64,000 nt of DNA from Octopus sinensis (lineage: Eukaryota). Both the position numbers and the translations under genes were made by a program. The notes under the pieces were generated by a model. The model did no database searches. It had not been told where the DNA came from and saw nothing but the letters and a program-made list of their open reading frames with translations. Shown piece after piece: positions 40,908 through 53,547 of this stretch; the first letter of the stretch is position 1; each line of letters opens with the position of its first letter. The stretch is from positions 125,736,001 to 125,800,000 of the forward strand of contig NC_043001.1 of assembly GCF_006345805.1 (NCBI RefSeq). The letters are read 5' to 3'.

Positions 40908-41096
40908 ATCGCTTCTCGGCCTTTTGGCTAAGATCAAAGTGTAGTATCTGTTCTTATCAGCTTAATATCTGATACGGTCCCTATTTGGGACCATCGATAT
41001 TAAACTGATTTTTAGAACGAGGCGAAGAGTTAGGGGCTTGCTCCGCCTTTGCCACGGGTTGGCCTGGTATAGCAGTACTTCCAGGATTCAACCCAT
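40908..41096 (+). ncRNA. U2: U2 spliceosomal snRNA
   Basis: atcgcttctcggccttttggctaagatcaaagtgtagtatctgttcttatcag 5' end; intact GTAGTA branch-recognition box; Sm-like site gatttttag; stems IIb, III and IV pair; possible 3' box ttaaaaacaga at ~41121-41131. Confidence 0.95.
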
Positions 41097-41239
41097 CTCC
41101 CACCCGGGAGATATAAACAAATTAAAAACAGACTTAATATCCTGACATCCCTTCTACCACCTTCCAGGAAGGGATCAGACATGCATTCTATGATGTCCGC
41201 TGCCGTTATTTTTATTTAATCTTAGATGTAATTACATAC

Positions 41240-41369
41240 ATCCACATCTTCTGCTGTCCACCCATCGTTTGCCTTGTTTTCCTCATACAAATAATATCCT
41301 GGAAGCTTTTCGTCTTCCGTTTTTAATACAAGGCTTGTGGTTTTGACTGCTATTTCTAATCAATCCGGT
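41240..41369 (-). CDS. Candidate exon of the unidentified minus-strand gene (needs one extra T to be in frame)
   Basis: acag acceptor and gtatgt donor; with one extra T in attgattagaa it reads DRIDLEIAVKTTSLVLKTEDEKLPGYYLYEENKANDGWTAEDVD. As assembled it contains an early TAG in that phase. Confidence 0.3.
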
Positions 41370-41458
41370 CTGTCATAGTAAGTATAAATTGCAAAGCAAC
41401 AGTTAGTTACTGCAAGATAGAAAGCCACCCTTATAATTTGTTTTTTAATTATAAAATA

Positions 41459-42350
41459 CAAGCAGTATCGCCCGGCGTTGCTCGGATTTGTAAGGGAAAT
41501 AACTATATAAGCATTTTTAGAGAGTTATAGCAAAAAAGTGCATTAAAAATGGAAAAAAAAACGATGGTAAATTTTCTTAAAAATCGTTGACTCATCGTAG
41601 ACATTTTTAGAGAGTTACTTCCCTTATATAGTAGCGAAAAAAATGCATTAAAATGGAAAAAAATGATGGTAAATTTTTTTTTTAATCGTAGACGCGCACT
41701 AATACCCAGAAGGGCTCAATATGAATCACGACTATAAGATACCCGGTTTTGGTTAAACTGCACCGCAAAATGTGGGAGTAGTTAGGAATCTAAATCGTAG
41801 GAGACAGACACACAACTTCACTTTTATATATAAAGACTAGCAGTATCGCCCGGCGTTGCTCGGGTTTGTAAGGGAAATAACTATATAAGCATTTTTAGAG
41901 AGTTACTTCCCTTATAGATGCCAATTCGGGCTTTCTTAGCCATTCCTGTTTTGGTGTCTTCAAGCCATGAAGTCGTTGTTCTAAAAGAACGCTGGTCTCC
42001 TTGACAACGCTTTACGACGTTGATTTCCTTACACTCCCTTCCCCACAGCTTCACGAGGGAGGGAAGAAGGGAGAGAAGCAACACAGGTGCAGGTGTGACC
42101 GTGGACGCCAACTCCGCCGCCATCGACACACGAAAAATTATGCATTAAAATGGAATAAAAAATGATGTTAAATTATTTTTAAAATCGTAGACTCATCGTA
42201 GACGCGCGCTAATACTCAGACGGGCTCGATATGAATCACGACTATAAGATACCCGAATTTGGTTAAACTGCACCGCAAAATGTGGGAGTAGTTAGGAATC
42301 TAAATCGAAGGGGACAGACACTCACACAACTAGAGTTTTATATATATAGA
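41459..42350 (-). mobile_element. Second head-to-tail Helitron dimer (41459-41836, 41837-42350); the second copy carries ~210 bp of extra sequence
   Basis: Same family as 39334-40105; A|TC at 42350; CTAG|TC junction at 41836/41837; outer CTAG mutated to CAAG as read on the + strand. Confidence 0.8.
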
Positions 42351-42689
42351 TATACTCATTTATAGTTAAACTCGGACTAAACAATATGCCATCACAGTGC
42401 TGCTCCCCACCCACATTTTCACCCTTAACAAAATCATAAACCGCATCAGGTTTCCTTTCGTAGCTCGAACCAACGGAGATGGACCGAGGGGATAATAAAA
42501 GGCCGAGATCGACTTTGCCTTTCATCCTTTCGGGTTCGATAAATTAAGTACCAGTTACGCACTGGAGTCGATGTAATCGACTTAATCCCTTTGTCTATCC
42601 TTGTTTGTTCCCTCTATGCTTGGAAAAATAAATAAATAAATAAAAGCCTGATGATATGACAATTTTCCAGTTTCGTGGCGATATGACCT

Positions 42690-42975
42690 TCACCGGGGAT
42701 TCCACATGCTGTGACACCTTCTCCACCAGCAACTTGGTATGCCCAGCTACCAAGCTCAGGCTCCGCCCCCCTTCCCCGTCAGGCTGAGGAAGCAAAGTGT
42801 GGTAGTGGAAACCCTCGGCGTTCTGGGGCCCCGGACCGTATCCCTAGTCACTGCTATCGGAGCGGAGGTGGCTATCCGCAAATGCGAGCCCTGTGAGTGG
42901 GAGTGGCTGTTCCAACACATCTCCATCACATTCCTCCGATGGAATGCCTTTTCTATTTTGTCTGCTGGGACCATG
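42690..42975 (+). mobile_element. CRE-clade-like non-LTR retrotransposon C-terminal fragment
   Basis: DSTCCDTFSTSNL and VVVETLGVLGPRT...EWLFQHISITFLRWNAFSIL resemble the WDxTCxDT and AVETLGxWG...LFQRLSxAxQRGNA motifs. Confidence 0.6.
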
Positions 42976-43189
42976 AGGCGGTATGAATTACATGAAATCA
43001 AGAGAATTTGCCAGAATGCATGAGGAACTTAATGAGTTTCTCTATAATTGATTAGTAACACATAAAAGCATCAAACCAATTTTTTTAAATGTATTTTGGG
43101 TCATTAGTAAGTAACACGAGGATTTTAATTAAGTTCCTTGTCTGGTTGTTGATACGTGGGATGTTCTTTTCTTTTTTGTTTGTTTGTTT

Positions 43190-44188
43190 TTTTAATTCGC
43201 TGTTGTTAAAATAGAAATATACTTCATAACATTATATTTTCCTTACCTCCACATATAGAGTCCCACAAATGCTCTTCGGCAATTTCGACTATTTTTGCCA
43301 TTGTCTCTTGTTTAAGTGTATGTCTCGTCTACAATTCAACACTGTATATATGTGTGTATGTGTGTGTGTGTGTAAAGCTATCTTTATTTATCTTCTATGA
43401 ACATAAGATGTTTCTAGTATACATTTCAGCGTGATATTTGACATTTCCATCGTTCCTTTCAGCAGGCGTTTTGAAATATAAATTATTCAAGAAATACAAT
43501 TTTCCTTTCTTTTTTTTCTGTCCTTCGTTTCTACAACGTATCGTAAACAGCTTGCTAAAAAATTTCTTTTTAAAACAATTTAATAGTTGTCTCTTACCAT
43601 TTCGTTGTTGTTGTTGTTTTTAAACGCAATGTTTATTATTCTATCAAGGGATTTGAGTTGTTGTTATTGTTGTTGTTGTTTTTGTTTTTTTAATTCGCTG
43701 TTGTTAAAATAGAAATATACTTCATAACATTATATTTTCCTTACCTCCACATATAGAGTCCCACAAATGCTCTTCGGCAATTTCGACTATTTTTGCCATT
43801 GTCTCTTGTTTAAGTGTATGTCTCGTCTACAATTCAACACTGTATATATGTGTGTATGTGTGTGTGTGTGTAAAGCTATCTTTATTTATCTTCTATGAAC
43901 ATAAGATGTTTCTAGTATACATTTCAGCGTGATATTTGACATTTCCATCGTTCCTTTCAGCAGGCGTTTTGAAATATAAATTATTCAAGAAATACAATTT
44001 TCCTTTCTTTTTTTTCTGTCCTTCGTTTCTACAACGTATCGTAAACAGCTTGCTAAAAAATTTCTTTTTAAAACAATTTAATAGTTGTCTCTTACCATTT
44101 CGTTGTTGTTGTTGTTTTTAAACGCAATGTTTATTATTCTATCAAGGGATTTAAGTTGTTGTTATTGTTGTTGTTGTTTTTGTTTTTT
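43190..44188. repeat. 498-bp near-identical tandem duplication
   Basis: taattcgctgttgttaaaatag recurs at ~43194 and ~43692; both units end in (TTG)n. Confidence 0.9.
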
Positions 44189-44238
44189 TTTATTCTCCCA
44201 AATATTTTTTATTTGGATTTGTCAAGACTCAAAAATAC

Positions 44239-44252
44239 GTTACCATAGAAAC
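44239..44252. promoter_or_regulatory. RFX X-box-like motif in a putative bidirectional promoter
   Basis: GTTACCATAGAAAC fits GTHNYYATRRNAAC; lies ~290 bp upstream of the CCZ1 ATG in a CpG-richer island. Confidence 0.45.
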
Positions 44253-44309
44253 GAAAAGGTAGATAACTCTGCACTTTCGAATTGGCGGCTGTTAGTTCTT
44301 CCTATTCAC

Positions 44310-44337
44310 CGCCAGGCGTCTCCTCTGACTCATCCAT
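44310..44337 (-). CDS. Candidate first coding exon of the divergent gene (MDESEETPG)
   Basis: aacagcATGG context, then a phase-1 donor gtgaat; lies 200 bp from the CCZ1 start on the opposite strand. Confidence 0.3.
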
Positions 44338-44537
44338 GCTGTTCGAAGGAGACTTTCGTCGTCAGCTGATTCACAATCACTCCTCCTCCTCTCACGTATC
44401 TTTTTTGTTTAGTTTTAATGTATTTACAAAATGTGTTAATATATACACTCACTGCTGCCTGGTTATTACCTACATTGACAATGTTTTAAGTTACACAAAC
44501 AGATATTGACCGTGAATCGATAGAGAAACTGTCAAAA

Positions 44538-44606
44538 ATGGCCAGCGGTATCAGTTTGGAAAATTTCTACATTTTCAACTCAAATTATGGATCCCGAGAA
44601 GGCGAG
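44538..44606 (+). CDS. CCZ1: CCZ1 (Mon1-Ccz1 complex subunit) coding exon 1
   Basis: MASGISLENFYIFNSNYGSREGE followed by gtacta; matches the recalled vertebrate FFIYNPRFGPREGQ. Confidence 0.85.
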
Positions 44607-44812
44607 GTACTAAATATGTTTTGTTTTATTTCCTAATTTGTGTTATTGCAGTATTTTTCAATGCATTTGCCCTTAACAATGGTATATTTATTACGTAGTA
44701 CAGTGAATAAGTGTCTTTTACAGTGTGTAGTAGATATAAGATGACCGATTCCTTATGCGTGGTATTAATTAGCATGACGAAAATAGCGGAAGCCAGTTGT
44801 TTATGTTTATAT

Positions 44813-44844
<32 letters not shown>

Positions 44845-44907
44845 GACCAAAGCCTTGTGAGTGGATTTGGTAGACGGAAACTGAAAGAAGCCCATCGTAT
44901 ATATGTG

Positions 44908-44944
<37 letters not shown>

Positions 44945-46328
44945 CTGTGTTTGTCCCCCTAGCATTGCTTGGCAACCGATGCTGGTGTGTTTATGTCCCC
45001 GTCACTTAGCGGTTCGGCAAAAAGAGACCGATAGAATAAGTACTGGGCTTACAAAGAATAAGTCCCGGGGTCGATTTGCTCGACCAAAAGGCGGTGCTCT
45101 AGCATGGCCGCAGTCAAATGACTGAAACGAGTAAAAGAGTAAAGAGTATATGTGTGTACTCTGGTTTATGTTGCATTCTTCTATGTGCCGTATATTAGAG
45201 TTCGATGGAATCGTATTGCGATGGATATGATCGACCAAAACCATCGAAAGTGACGCCTCAATATGACTAGCTTTTAAAAACAATATACGGTGGTAGACGG
45301 GAGTTGGAGGAAATGTTAGAACGTAGCACTCAGTACTTCTTAGTCTCTTCTTGAAGGAAAAAGTTTCATATATGTAATATAACAAGTGGGGGGAAAACTA
45401 TTAACCGAGATTATCCTTGCAATTAGTAGACAACCCCCACTTCTTGTAGAGTTTAAAAATCTATAAACGTCAAGCAAGGGAAATAACTCTAATAAGATCA
45501 ATTAGTCAAATTTTTGGAAACTGAAGACAGTCCAGATTTTTGTGGATTTTGTCTGTCGAGTCGGTTAGTGAAAGTAACGGAAATCTCTATGGTTCAGAAT
45601 TATTTTGATCTCTTCGGCGAAGCATATTCTACTCTTAGCAAAACCTGGAAGTTATCAAGTAGTTATGAAAGTAGAGGTGGTAGCAAGTGACACTGATTAT
45701 GTATATAAACAATTTGTGGAATACAACTCGGAGTGTTAAATACATTATATACGAATTTCATCCTCCTTGTACGTTTTTGGAGTTCAGCCCTTGTTGGTAG
45801 GTGGCGAATCAATAAAATAAGCACCAGTAATGTACCCAGATATGCTCACGGCAATATTCTTCCAACCCTGTACACAAAATTAAGCTTGTATCTGGTATAG
45901 AGAGAAATCAATTGTTCAGATTTTGGGAGGCAATGAGTGAGCAAAGGCAATATAACAATCAACCCTACCACCCAGTATGATTTCAATACAGAATTTTGTT
46001 TGAAATTCTGAGATTGTCTTCAAATATGACTGGCATCTGAAGAAGGCTGGGTGATATACTAACTGGATCGATGTAACTATAACAAGATGAGAAATCTAGT
46101 CCAGATATATCAGTAGTGTGACAGCGTAATAAGTTTGCTTCCCAACATGATTGTGGGTTCAGCCTCATTGCATGGAACCTTGGGCAAATGTCTTCTACTG
46201 TAGCTCAACATATATATTATATATATATATATATTAGAAGAAATGAGGTACTCAGAAAATCGGATGGTTTATATTTACAGATATTTATTTGTATATTACA
46301 TTTTTTATACATCATATAACTTAGATCA

Positions 46329-46371
46329 TGTATTAGCGCTTTCTCCCATTGTAGTCGGGTTTTCAAATCAA
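46329..46371 (-). ncRNA. Degenerate PLE-type hammerhead relic
   Basis: Minus strand: ttgat-TTGAAAA-ccc..ggg-a-GAAA-GCGC-TA-ataca; palindromic AGCGCU stem III; core and stem I are mutated. Confidence 0.35.
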
Positions 46372-46627
46372 ACTAAGTTCCTGTGTGAAGAGTTTTGACC
46401 ATTTTATAGTGGTATTGAGTGTGGGGAGGAATATAAGACAGTACAAGAGGGTACACACTCACACAAATGTGTGTGTGTGTATGAATGTATCTATGTGTGT
46501 ATATATAAATGTGTGTGTGTGTGTGCGTGTATCAACCTATGCAAGCATGGAAAATGGACATTAAATGGTGATGATCGTGTGTGTGTATATATATATGTAT
46601 GTATTTAGATTTGTAAGTATATATGTA

Positions 46628-46663
<36 letters not shown>

Positions 46664-46989
46664 CACATACATTGCTTGGCAACTGGTGTTGGTTTGTTTG
46701 TTTGCCCATAGCTTTGCAGTTTGGCAAAAGTGACAACTAGAATAAATACCAGGCTTTAAGATATGTACTAATGTAAATTCATTTGACTAAAACTTCTTAA
46801 GGCTGTGCCCCAACATGGCCACAGTCCAGTGACTGAAACATGTAAAAGAGAAGAGATAATGTCAAATTTGCCTTGTTACAGTTTTTGTACTGCCATCAAT
46901 TTTGGGGTTAACATACAAGTGGTCAAGTAAATTAACTGTCTTCTACAAACACTTGTCTTAGTATATTAGCAATAGCAGTTTGGTCATAA

Positions 46990-47515
46990 GAGGAATTAGA
47001 TGCAGTGTGCAAGAGAGGAAACTGCACTTGTTTGATCATGTGATGCAGATGGATAAGGATAGGTGCACAAAGAAGTGCTGGTCACTTAATGTGGAGGGGA
47101 GCTGTGAAAGAGAGAGAGAGAGAGATCTAGGAAGACATGGGACGAAGTATTGAAGGTTGATCTCAGAACACTGAACCTTACAAAAGAGATGACAGCGAAA
47201 AAAAGATATGTGGTGCATTACTATACTCAAGAAGACCTGCCACCACAACAGGATTAAGATCCGAAAGTCAAGGTACCCTGTAAAAAGCACTGGTGCTGGT
47301 GCCACATAAAAGGTACTGGTAAAAAGCACTGGTGATGATGCCACATAGAAAGCACCCAGAATACTCTGAGGAGTGGTTGACATTAGGAAGGGCATCCAGC
47401 CATATGAACCAAGCCAAAACAGGCTATGGAACTTGTTGCAGACCCTGGCCTTGCCAGTTCCTGTCAAGCCATCTAACTGACCCATGCCAGCATGGAAAAC
47501 AGACGTTGAAGAATA
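46990..47515 (+). mobile_element. Degraded RTE 3' end plus UTR
   Basis: Homologous to 20200-20940 (RKTWDEVLKVDLRTL and the tail). Confidence 0.7.
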
Positions 47516-49989
47516 TTAATACGTCCTCAAAGAAAATCTATATTATTGGCCACAAACAAGTTATGAATGAGGAAGTGAATTGCAGTGGTAAAACATCAAG
47601 CAAATTATATTATACTAGCAGGACCTCTGAATATTTCATGGAATTAATGATAAACTTATTGGGTTATTTCTGAAAACTTTATCCAAATATACCTGAAAGC
47701 ATAGCCTGTGTTGTGTCTGTATCAAAGATAGTCGCTCATCTGCTAATCATTAAAAAGTGAAGGAAATTGGAATATGATGACTATTTAATGCACTTTGTAT
47801 ATACACTTTATGCACAATTTTATAGATTTAATACACAACACTCTCCTACTTTCTCACTCTTTGCCATACCTTCTTTTTCTTTCACTCTGTGCCTTTCCCG
47901 TCAACTGATCACATGAAAATGTTACAGACAGGCTAAATAATGGAGGAAAAAATTTACTTATAAAAAAAAATTACACATTTCACTCACCACCACATCTCTC
48001 TCTCCCACACTCTTCTCTCCCTTATTCTTCCACCACTTCTACTAATCACATGGAAGCATTATAGACAGGCTAAGTAATAGAAGAACAAGCAGAATTATTA
48101 CGAGATACTTATTGAGAAAAAGAAAGCAGTCTGTACTTCTTAGCTTTTCTGATATTTATATGTCTCAGTGTCAGATGGACATGTGAGTAGCTTACTATGA
48201 TGTTGAAAAATGGTAAAATACAAAAGAAGTGAACCACAGGTGGAGGACTGTACTCTCTAAAATGTTAATGAAAATCTTACTTAGAAGTTGAAAATAACAT
48301 TTGGTACAAGATGCTTCCACACAGTTCCCATGTACCAATTTCACTCACAAAACACTGGTTGGTCAAGGGCTATAAAAAAGACACTTGCCCTGAGTGCTGC
48401 ATAGGGAGACGGAACCCAAAATCACGTAAAAGTACCCACTACACACACGGAGTGGTTGACATTAGGAAGGGCATCCAGCTGTAGAAACACTGCCAGATCA
48501 GACTGGGCCTGGTGCAGCCTTCTGGCTTCCCAGACCCCAGTTGAACCGTCCAACCCATGCCAGCATGGAGAGCGGACGTTAAATGATGATGATGATGGCA
48601 GTTAGAGCAGACTTGTTTGTGCAACTGAACAGAATAAAATCCACAAGGTATTTTTTTATACAGATACACCAGATTTTCGATTATTGTACTAATGTTTTGG
48701 CACAAGCTGTAAACATAAATATAAACACAGCCAAGTTTGAATATTGGAGAACCTAAGGCATTTAACGTGCTCCTCATACAAATTAAAATACTCAACAAAT
48801 CACCAGCTTTATTCATCAAGGTTCATTTAAAGCATGTAACTGGAATTGACAAGTCATACAAACAAAGTCTAAATACAGAACAACTGACCATTTTTACATA
48901 AATGTTACATGGATGTATGTGTGTGTGTGTGTGTAAACACTCTTACTAGGTATGTCCTAGTGTTAAGGGTGTTGCACTTAGGATTGCAGATTGGCAGTGC
49001 ATTGTATTTTTGAGCAAAATACTTTATGTTGTTCCGGTGCATTCATCTGTAAATGGGTAACCCTGCAATGGACTGGCATTCCATTCAGGGAGATTGTTGG
49101 CCCGCCTGTCCAACCACCTGGGTGGCATTATTTGAAAGTTACAACAATGCAAGGAAATGCATTGTGACAAGTGGTGTATAACAACATCCAGTGGCCTGCC
49201 TACCTATTTCTTTACCTACCCCCTGCAGTCCGTGTATATCACTTAGGTTTACGAGAGAGGGATGACCTCCCTTTGCAAATACCATAAGGGCACAGAAAGT
49301 GTGCCTAAAGCCAGCTGGAGACGATGATCTCCTGGGGCTACAAGCTACAGTAACACCCACCCTTAGTGGTTAGCCATATTGAGATGGCTAGTATACCTTA
49401 CAAAGTAGAAACTGTTTTGAAGAAAACTGTGGTGTATGTAATTACACTTTCAGAACTGAACATGGTGGGAAGCCTGATATCAAGTAACACATAGAAATGG
49501 AAGTGCACAAAATTAGTATTGCCTCTACTTCAAAAGAAACTGGTAAAATAACAAACTTCTTGATGAAGAAAGTAAAATAATATATTTCTTTATTGCCCAC
49601 AAGGGGCTAAACATAGAGGGGACAAACAAAGGGATTAAGTCGATTATATCGACCCCAGTGCGTAACTGGTACTTTATTTATCGACCCCGAAAGGATGAAA
49701 GGCAAAGTTGGCCTCGGCGGAATTTGAACTCAGAACGTAACGGGCAGACGAAATACGGCTACGCATTTCGCCCGACGTGCTAACATTTCTGCCAGCTCAC
49801 CAATAGCCACAGAAGTTGCAATGGCATTTCATATTGTCCATCATCATCAGTCATTCAGTTCAGATGACTGTACAAACGTACTACTACCAACGGCATTTCC
49901 TCATTCTAAAATTGCATGCAAATTTTCAAGTGCAAGGACTAAATGTGATGCAATAATAAAAATGTTGGGACTCCATACACTATTGCAGT

Positions 49990-51635
49990 GATTGTTAAAG
50001 ATATAAATAACTCTTCTTTTTATGGCATATCTACAGATGCAAGAAATCACAATGCTGAGGAAATGTTCCCATTGGTTGTGTAATGTTTTTCACGTGTAAA
50101 GTGGTGAAGTTATTGCAAGATCCCTCCCAAATGAGACCTGAGAAACAATAGCAAGCTTTCACAGAGAGAACCACTTTGAATTAGGACTGGATGTGAGACA
50201 TATTTACAAAGTCAGAAAACAGCACAGCTCCCATGACTTCAGGAAACATTTTTTCACGCTGAGAGTTGCTGAAGCATGGAACAAACTGCCGGCATCAGTT
50301 GTTAGTTGTCGGAGCGCTGCATCCTTCAAAACTTCCATGCTTTCTGGGATTCGCCAACACTACACCTGATTTTCTCCCCTCCATACACACACAAGCATGT
50401 ATCTGACTCATACAGTTTGCTTTCCAGACATTTGTACATTACTGCATATACTTTATACGCACTTTCTGACAAGTTGTGGTGCACCTGAGCACTGTATTCA
50501 ATAATTTCATTATTATTTTTATTTTGGTGGAGAAAACATAAATACTAATTTTGGTGGATGTTTGGGCATAGACACAAATGTCTATTCAAAATTCAGGGAA
50601 AGCATGAATGAATTGATGGAAGGTGTTGGATGTCCAGCCCATATTCTGCACAATGCTGCTCATACTACAACCAATGTTCTTTCTGTTGATGTTGAAGTAA
50701 TTGTTGTTAAATTGCTTTAATACTGTTGAAAGATTTCTGCAAGTTTGTTGGTGTGCAGTATGCTTCAATTCTCTCATATTCTAAAACTTGTTGGCTTTCT
50801 TTTATGAGAACAGTCGAGAGGAAATCTCTTTTTGATTCTGAAGAAAAGGTCCCCCAAATTCTTCAATAATCCACCTAGCAAAGCCTGCTTATATCTTGTT
50901 CACAGTTTTGAATATGTTTTTAGCAACAGGATTATGAAGATACAATAGAGAGTAACAGCATTATTGAAGTGCTTGGTGGTTTAAAAGAACTCGTTGCAAT
51001 TATAAGGGAAAGAATTAATGAAAAGTTTATTGTGAAGGATTGCCTTAATAATGATGCTATCAAATCTGAAGAGAAAAAGGTATTTCTTACTTGAAGTGGA
51101 TAACTACTACAGCACTTGCCATGAGTATCTTGAGAAATGGGTTTCATGTTTTGAAAATTTTGATAACTTTACATGGATGTTATTAGATGCAGTACCAGCA
51201 TGGGAACATGAAGAAACGTCTTGTCTAGTGTTAAAAAACAAAGGTATAAAAATTGATGACCAAATTCTTTTCTGTCAGTGGTCAACATTAAAAAAAATTC
51301 CTTGCTAAAGAAATGCAGATCAAACCTGAAGAATGGAAGACAAAACTGTACTACAAACGATGGTTTTCTATCCTTCAGCGGACTGAATTTCAAGAACAAT
51401 AATCCTAGTTGTTAATTTTGTGCTAGTTCTTGTTTAGTATACCCCAGTGCATAATGTCTTCTTGAGGATGAATGTTCAGTGGACTGAAGAACAAAATAAG
51501 GTGGATGTGGTCACTGTAGAAGCTATCTTACAATGCACATGGAACCTTAACTGTCAATGTAAAGAATTTTATAGGCATGTGTTTGAAAGCAAGGACTTGT
51601 TAACAAGAGGCAAATCATCAGTGAAATATAACTAA
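49990..51635 (+). mobile_element. Degraded hAT-type transposase, interrupted by a CR1-like fragment at ~50190-50500
   Basis: ISTDARNHNAEEMFPLVV and GVGCPAHILHNAAH (CxxH); the insert reads RKHFFTLRVAEAWNKLPASVVSC. Confidence 0.7.
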
Positions 51636-53170
51636 AGGTAAAGGTTTGAGTTTAATTCTCGTGCAGTCTGTTAAGAAAATTTTGCAAATAAGCTTATCAG
51701 TTTTGTTTCTTTGCATGTTCTCCATATGAAACACAACTTTTTAGTCTATTTCCTGTATTGTTTGCATTAAATATCAATTTTCTAAATTCTTCCCTTTGCA
51801 TTTTTCTATTGTCTCTATTGAATAAGAATTTTGCAATGATTTCACTTTCTTGGTATTTCTTTTAGTTATCTATATTACCTGTATCAAATAACAATATTTA
51901 ACCCTTTAGTGTTTGCATTATTCTGCCAAAATTAATGCTTTTTTATCCACATTGTTTTGAACTAATCATGCATTATCTTGGTGCCATGAGATTTTGATGA
52001 GGTAGCTGTTAATTTTTAAGATGATATTGTAGGGTTGGTGTGAGTGGCCAGTTTGAACATAAAACAAGCAGAATACTTTTGGCCGGATATGGCCGGTTTA
52101 AATGCTAAAGGGTTAAATGCTTTCATACTAAAAGATTTTTTTCTCTATTGTCTCTGTTTGTCATTAAATAAAAAATTTAGAATGATATCAATGTAACAGA
52201 TATTTGGTTATTTCTCTGTTGTCTCTATTAAAGAAATATTTTCAAATTATTTCACTTTAACAGTTTATTTTTTCTAGTTTGTATTAAATAATTTTGAAAT
52301 GGTTTTACTTTTGTTTTTCTCATAACCCATTAAAATCACTGCTTTATGTTTTTAACTTATGTCTCTACTATTATATGATATATTGTTCTGGGTGTGTAGG
52401 CATGTATAAATTTATGTATATACAGAGAGATTTCAAGAGTGTCTCGTATATCTAATTTTCTAATCTGGCAACCCCAGCTATGGGTGGAAGACACATGCCC
52501 AAGGTACCATACCGTGGTCAAATCCAGAACATGGTTACATATCATCATCATCATCATCATCATCGTTTAGCGTCCGTTTTCCATGCTAGCATGGGTTGGA
52601 CGATTCTACTGAAGTCTGTGAAGCCAGAAGGCTTCATCAGGCCCAGTCAAATCTGGCAGTGTTTCTACGGCTGGATGCCCTTCCTAACGCCAACCACTCT
52701 TTACTATGACGCGATGTCCCAGGATAATCCTGATTGGACAGATCTACTACCAAAGACATTCCCATCATGACCATCCTGTTCTTTATTTTGAACATAATAT
52801 GTCAAGGATTGAATTTTTTTATTATTATTGTAGAGTGTAATTTGGGTGATCTGGCTGTTATTTCTTGGAGATCTAGTGAAGTAGAGGCGCCTTCTTTGCC
52901 TCATCTTTCATTGAGCCAATGTTTAGTCCCAAGTCAGGTCTTATTCAACAGGCTTCACAAACCACCCGTCCGTCATCGTTATCTTGTACTACTTTATCCA
53001 ATGTGTCCCGCCCTTTTCAGTATGCTACGTTTTAAGTTAACCGTTTGAACCTCCGAAAAGTATAACCAAACTAAGACAACCCCCACCCCGCTAAAATATA
53101 TTCGCAGGTTCCGAGAGTTAAGTAAGATTTGGCTGCTATTTTTAGCATAGTTAAACGATTACTTAGAGGC

Positions 53171-53547
53171 GGTAATCTTTCAGTTTAAGACGTTTGAAAA
53201 GGTAAATCAAAATGAAACCTAAATTATGGTTTTTTACTCTCACGAAGTGATTGTGCACCAGGAGAACTTAGTGGATCCGACAAATGAGGCCGTGCACACG
53301 CAAAATGTGGAGAATTTATGGATGCAGGTGAAAAGAAAATTACAGCGACAATTTGGTGCGTCGAACAATTTATTTGTGTCATTTACACGAATTCATATGG
53401 AGGAATTCTGTTCCAAAAAAGAGACTTTCGTTCACTTTTTGGTGGCTATAGCCCAGGTCTACGTTGTTTAACAGTTGACTTATTCCTCCTTGTTATTTCC
53501 CCCTTTCATTTTACTTACTTTTTAACACCCTAAACTGAAAGATTACC
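53171..53547 (+). mobile_element. Internally deleted Merlin (IS1016/IS1595-like) element
   Basis: TIRs GGTAATCTTTCAGTTTA / TAAACTGAAAGATTACC; perfect 9-bp TSD cttagaggc; ORF piece HQENLVDPTNEAVHTQNVENLWMQVKRKL. Confidence 0.9.

Noticed and set aside
45215-45560. gatgg..ccatc-GAAA and ctgaaga-cag..ctg partial hammerhead-like strings
   Set aside because: Each lacks the other half of the catalytic core
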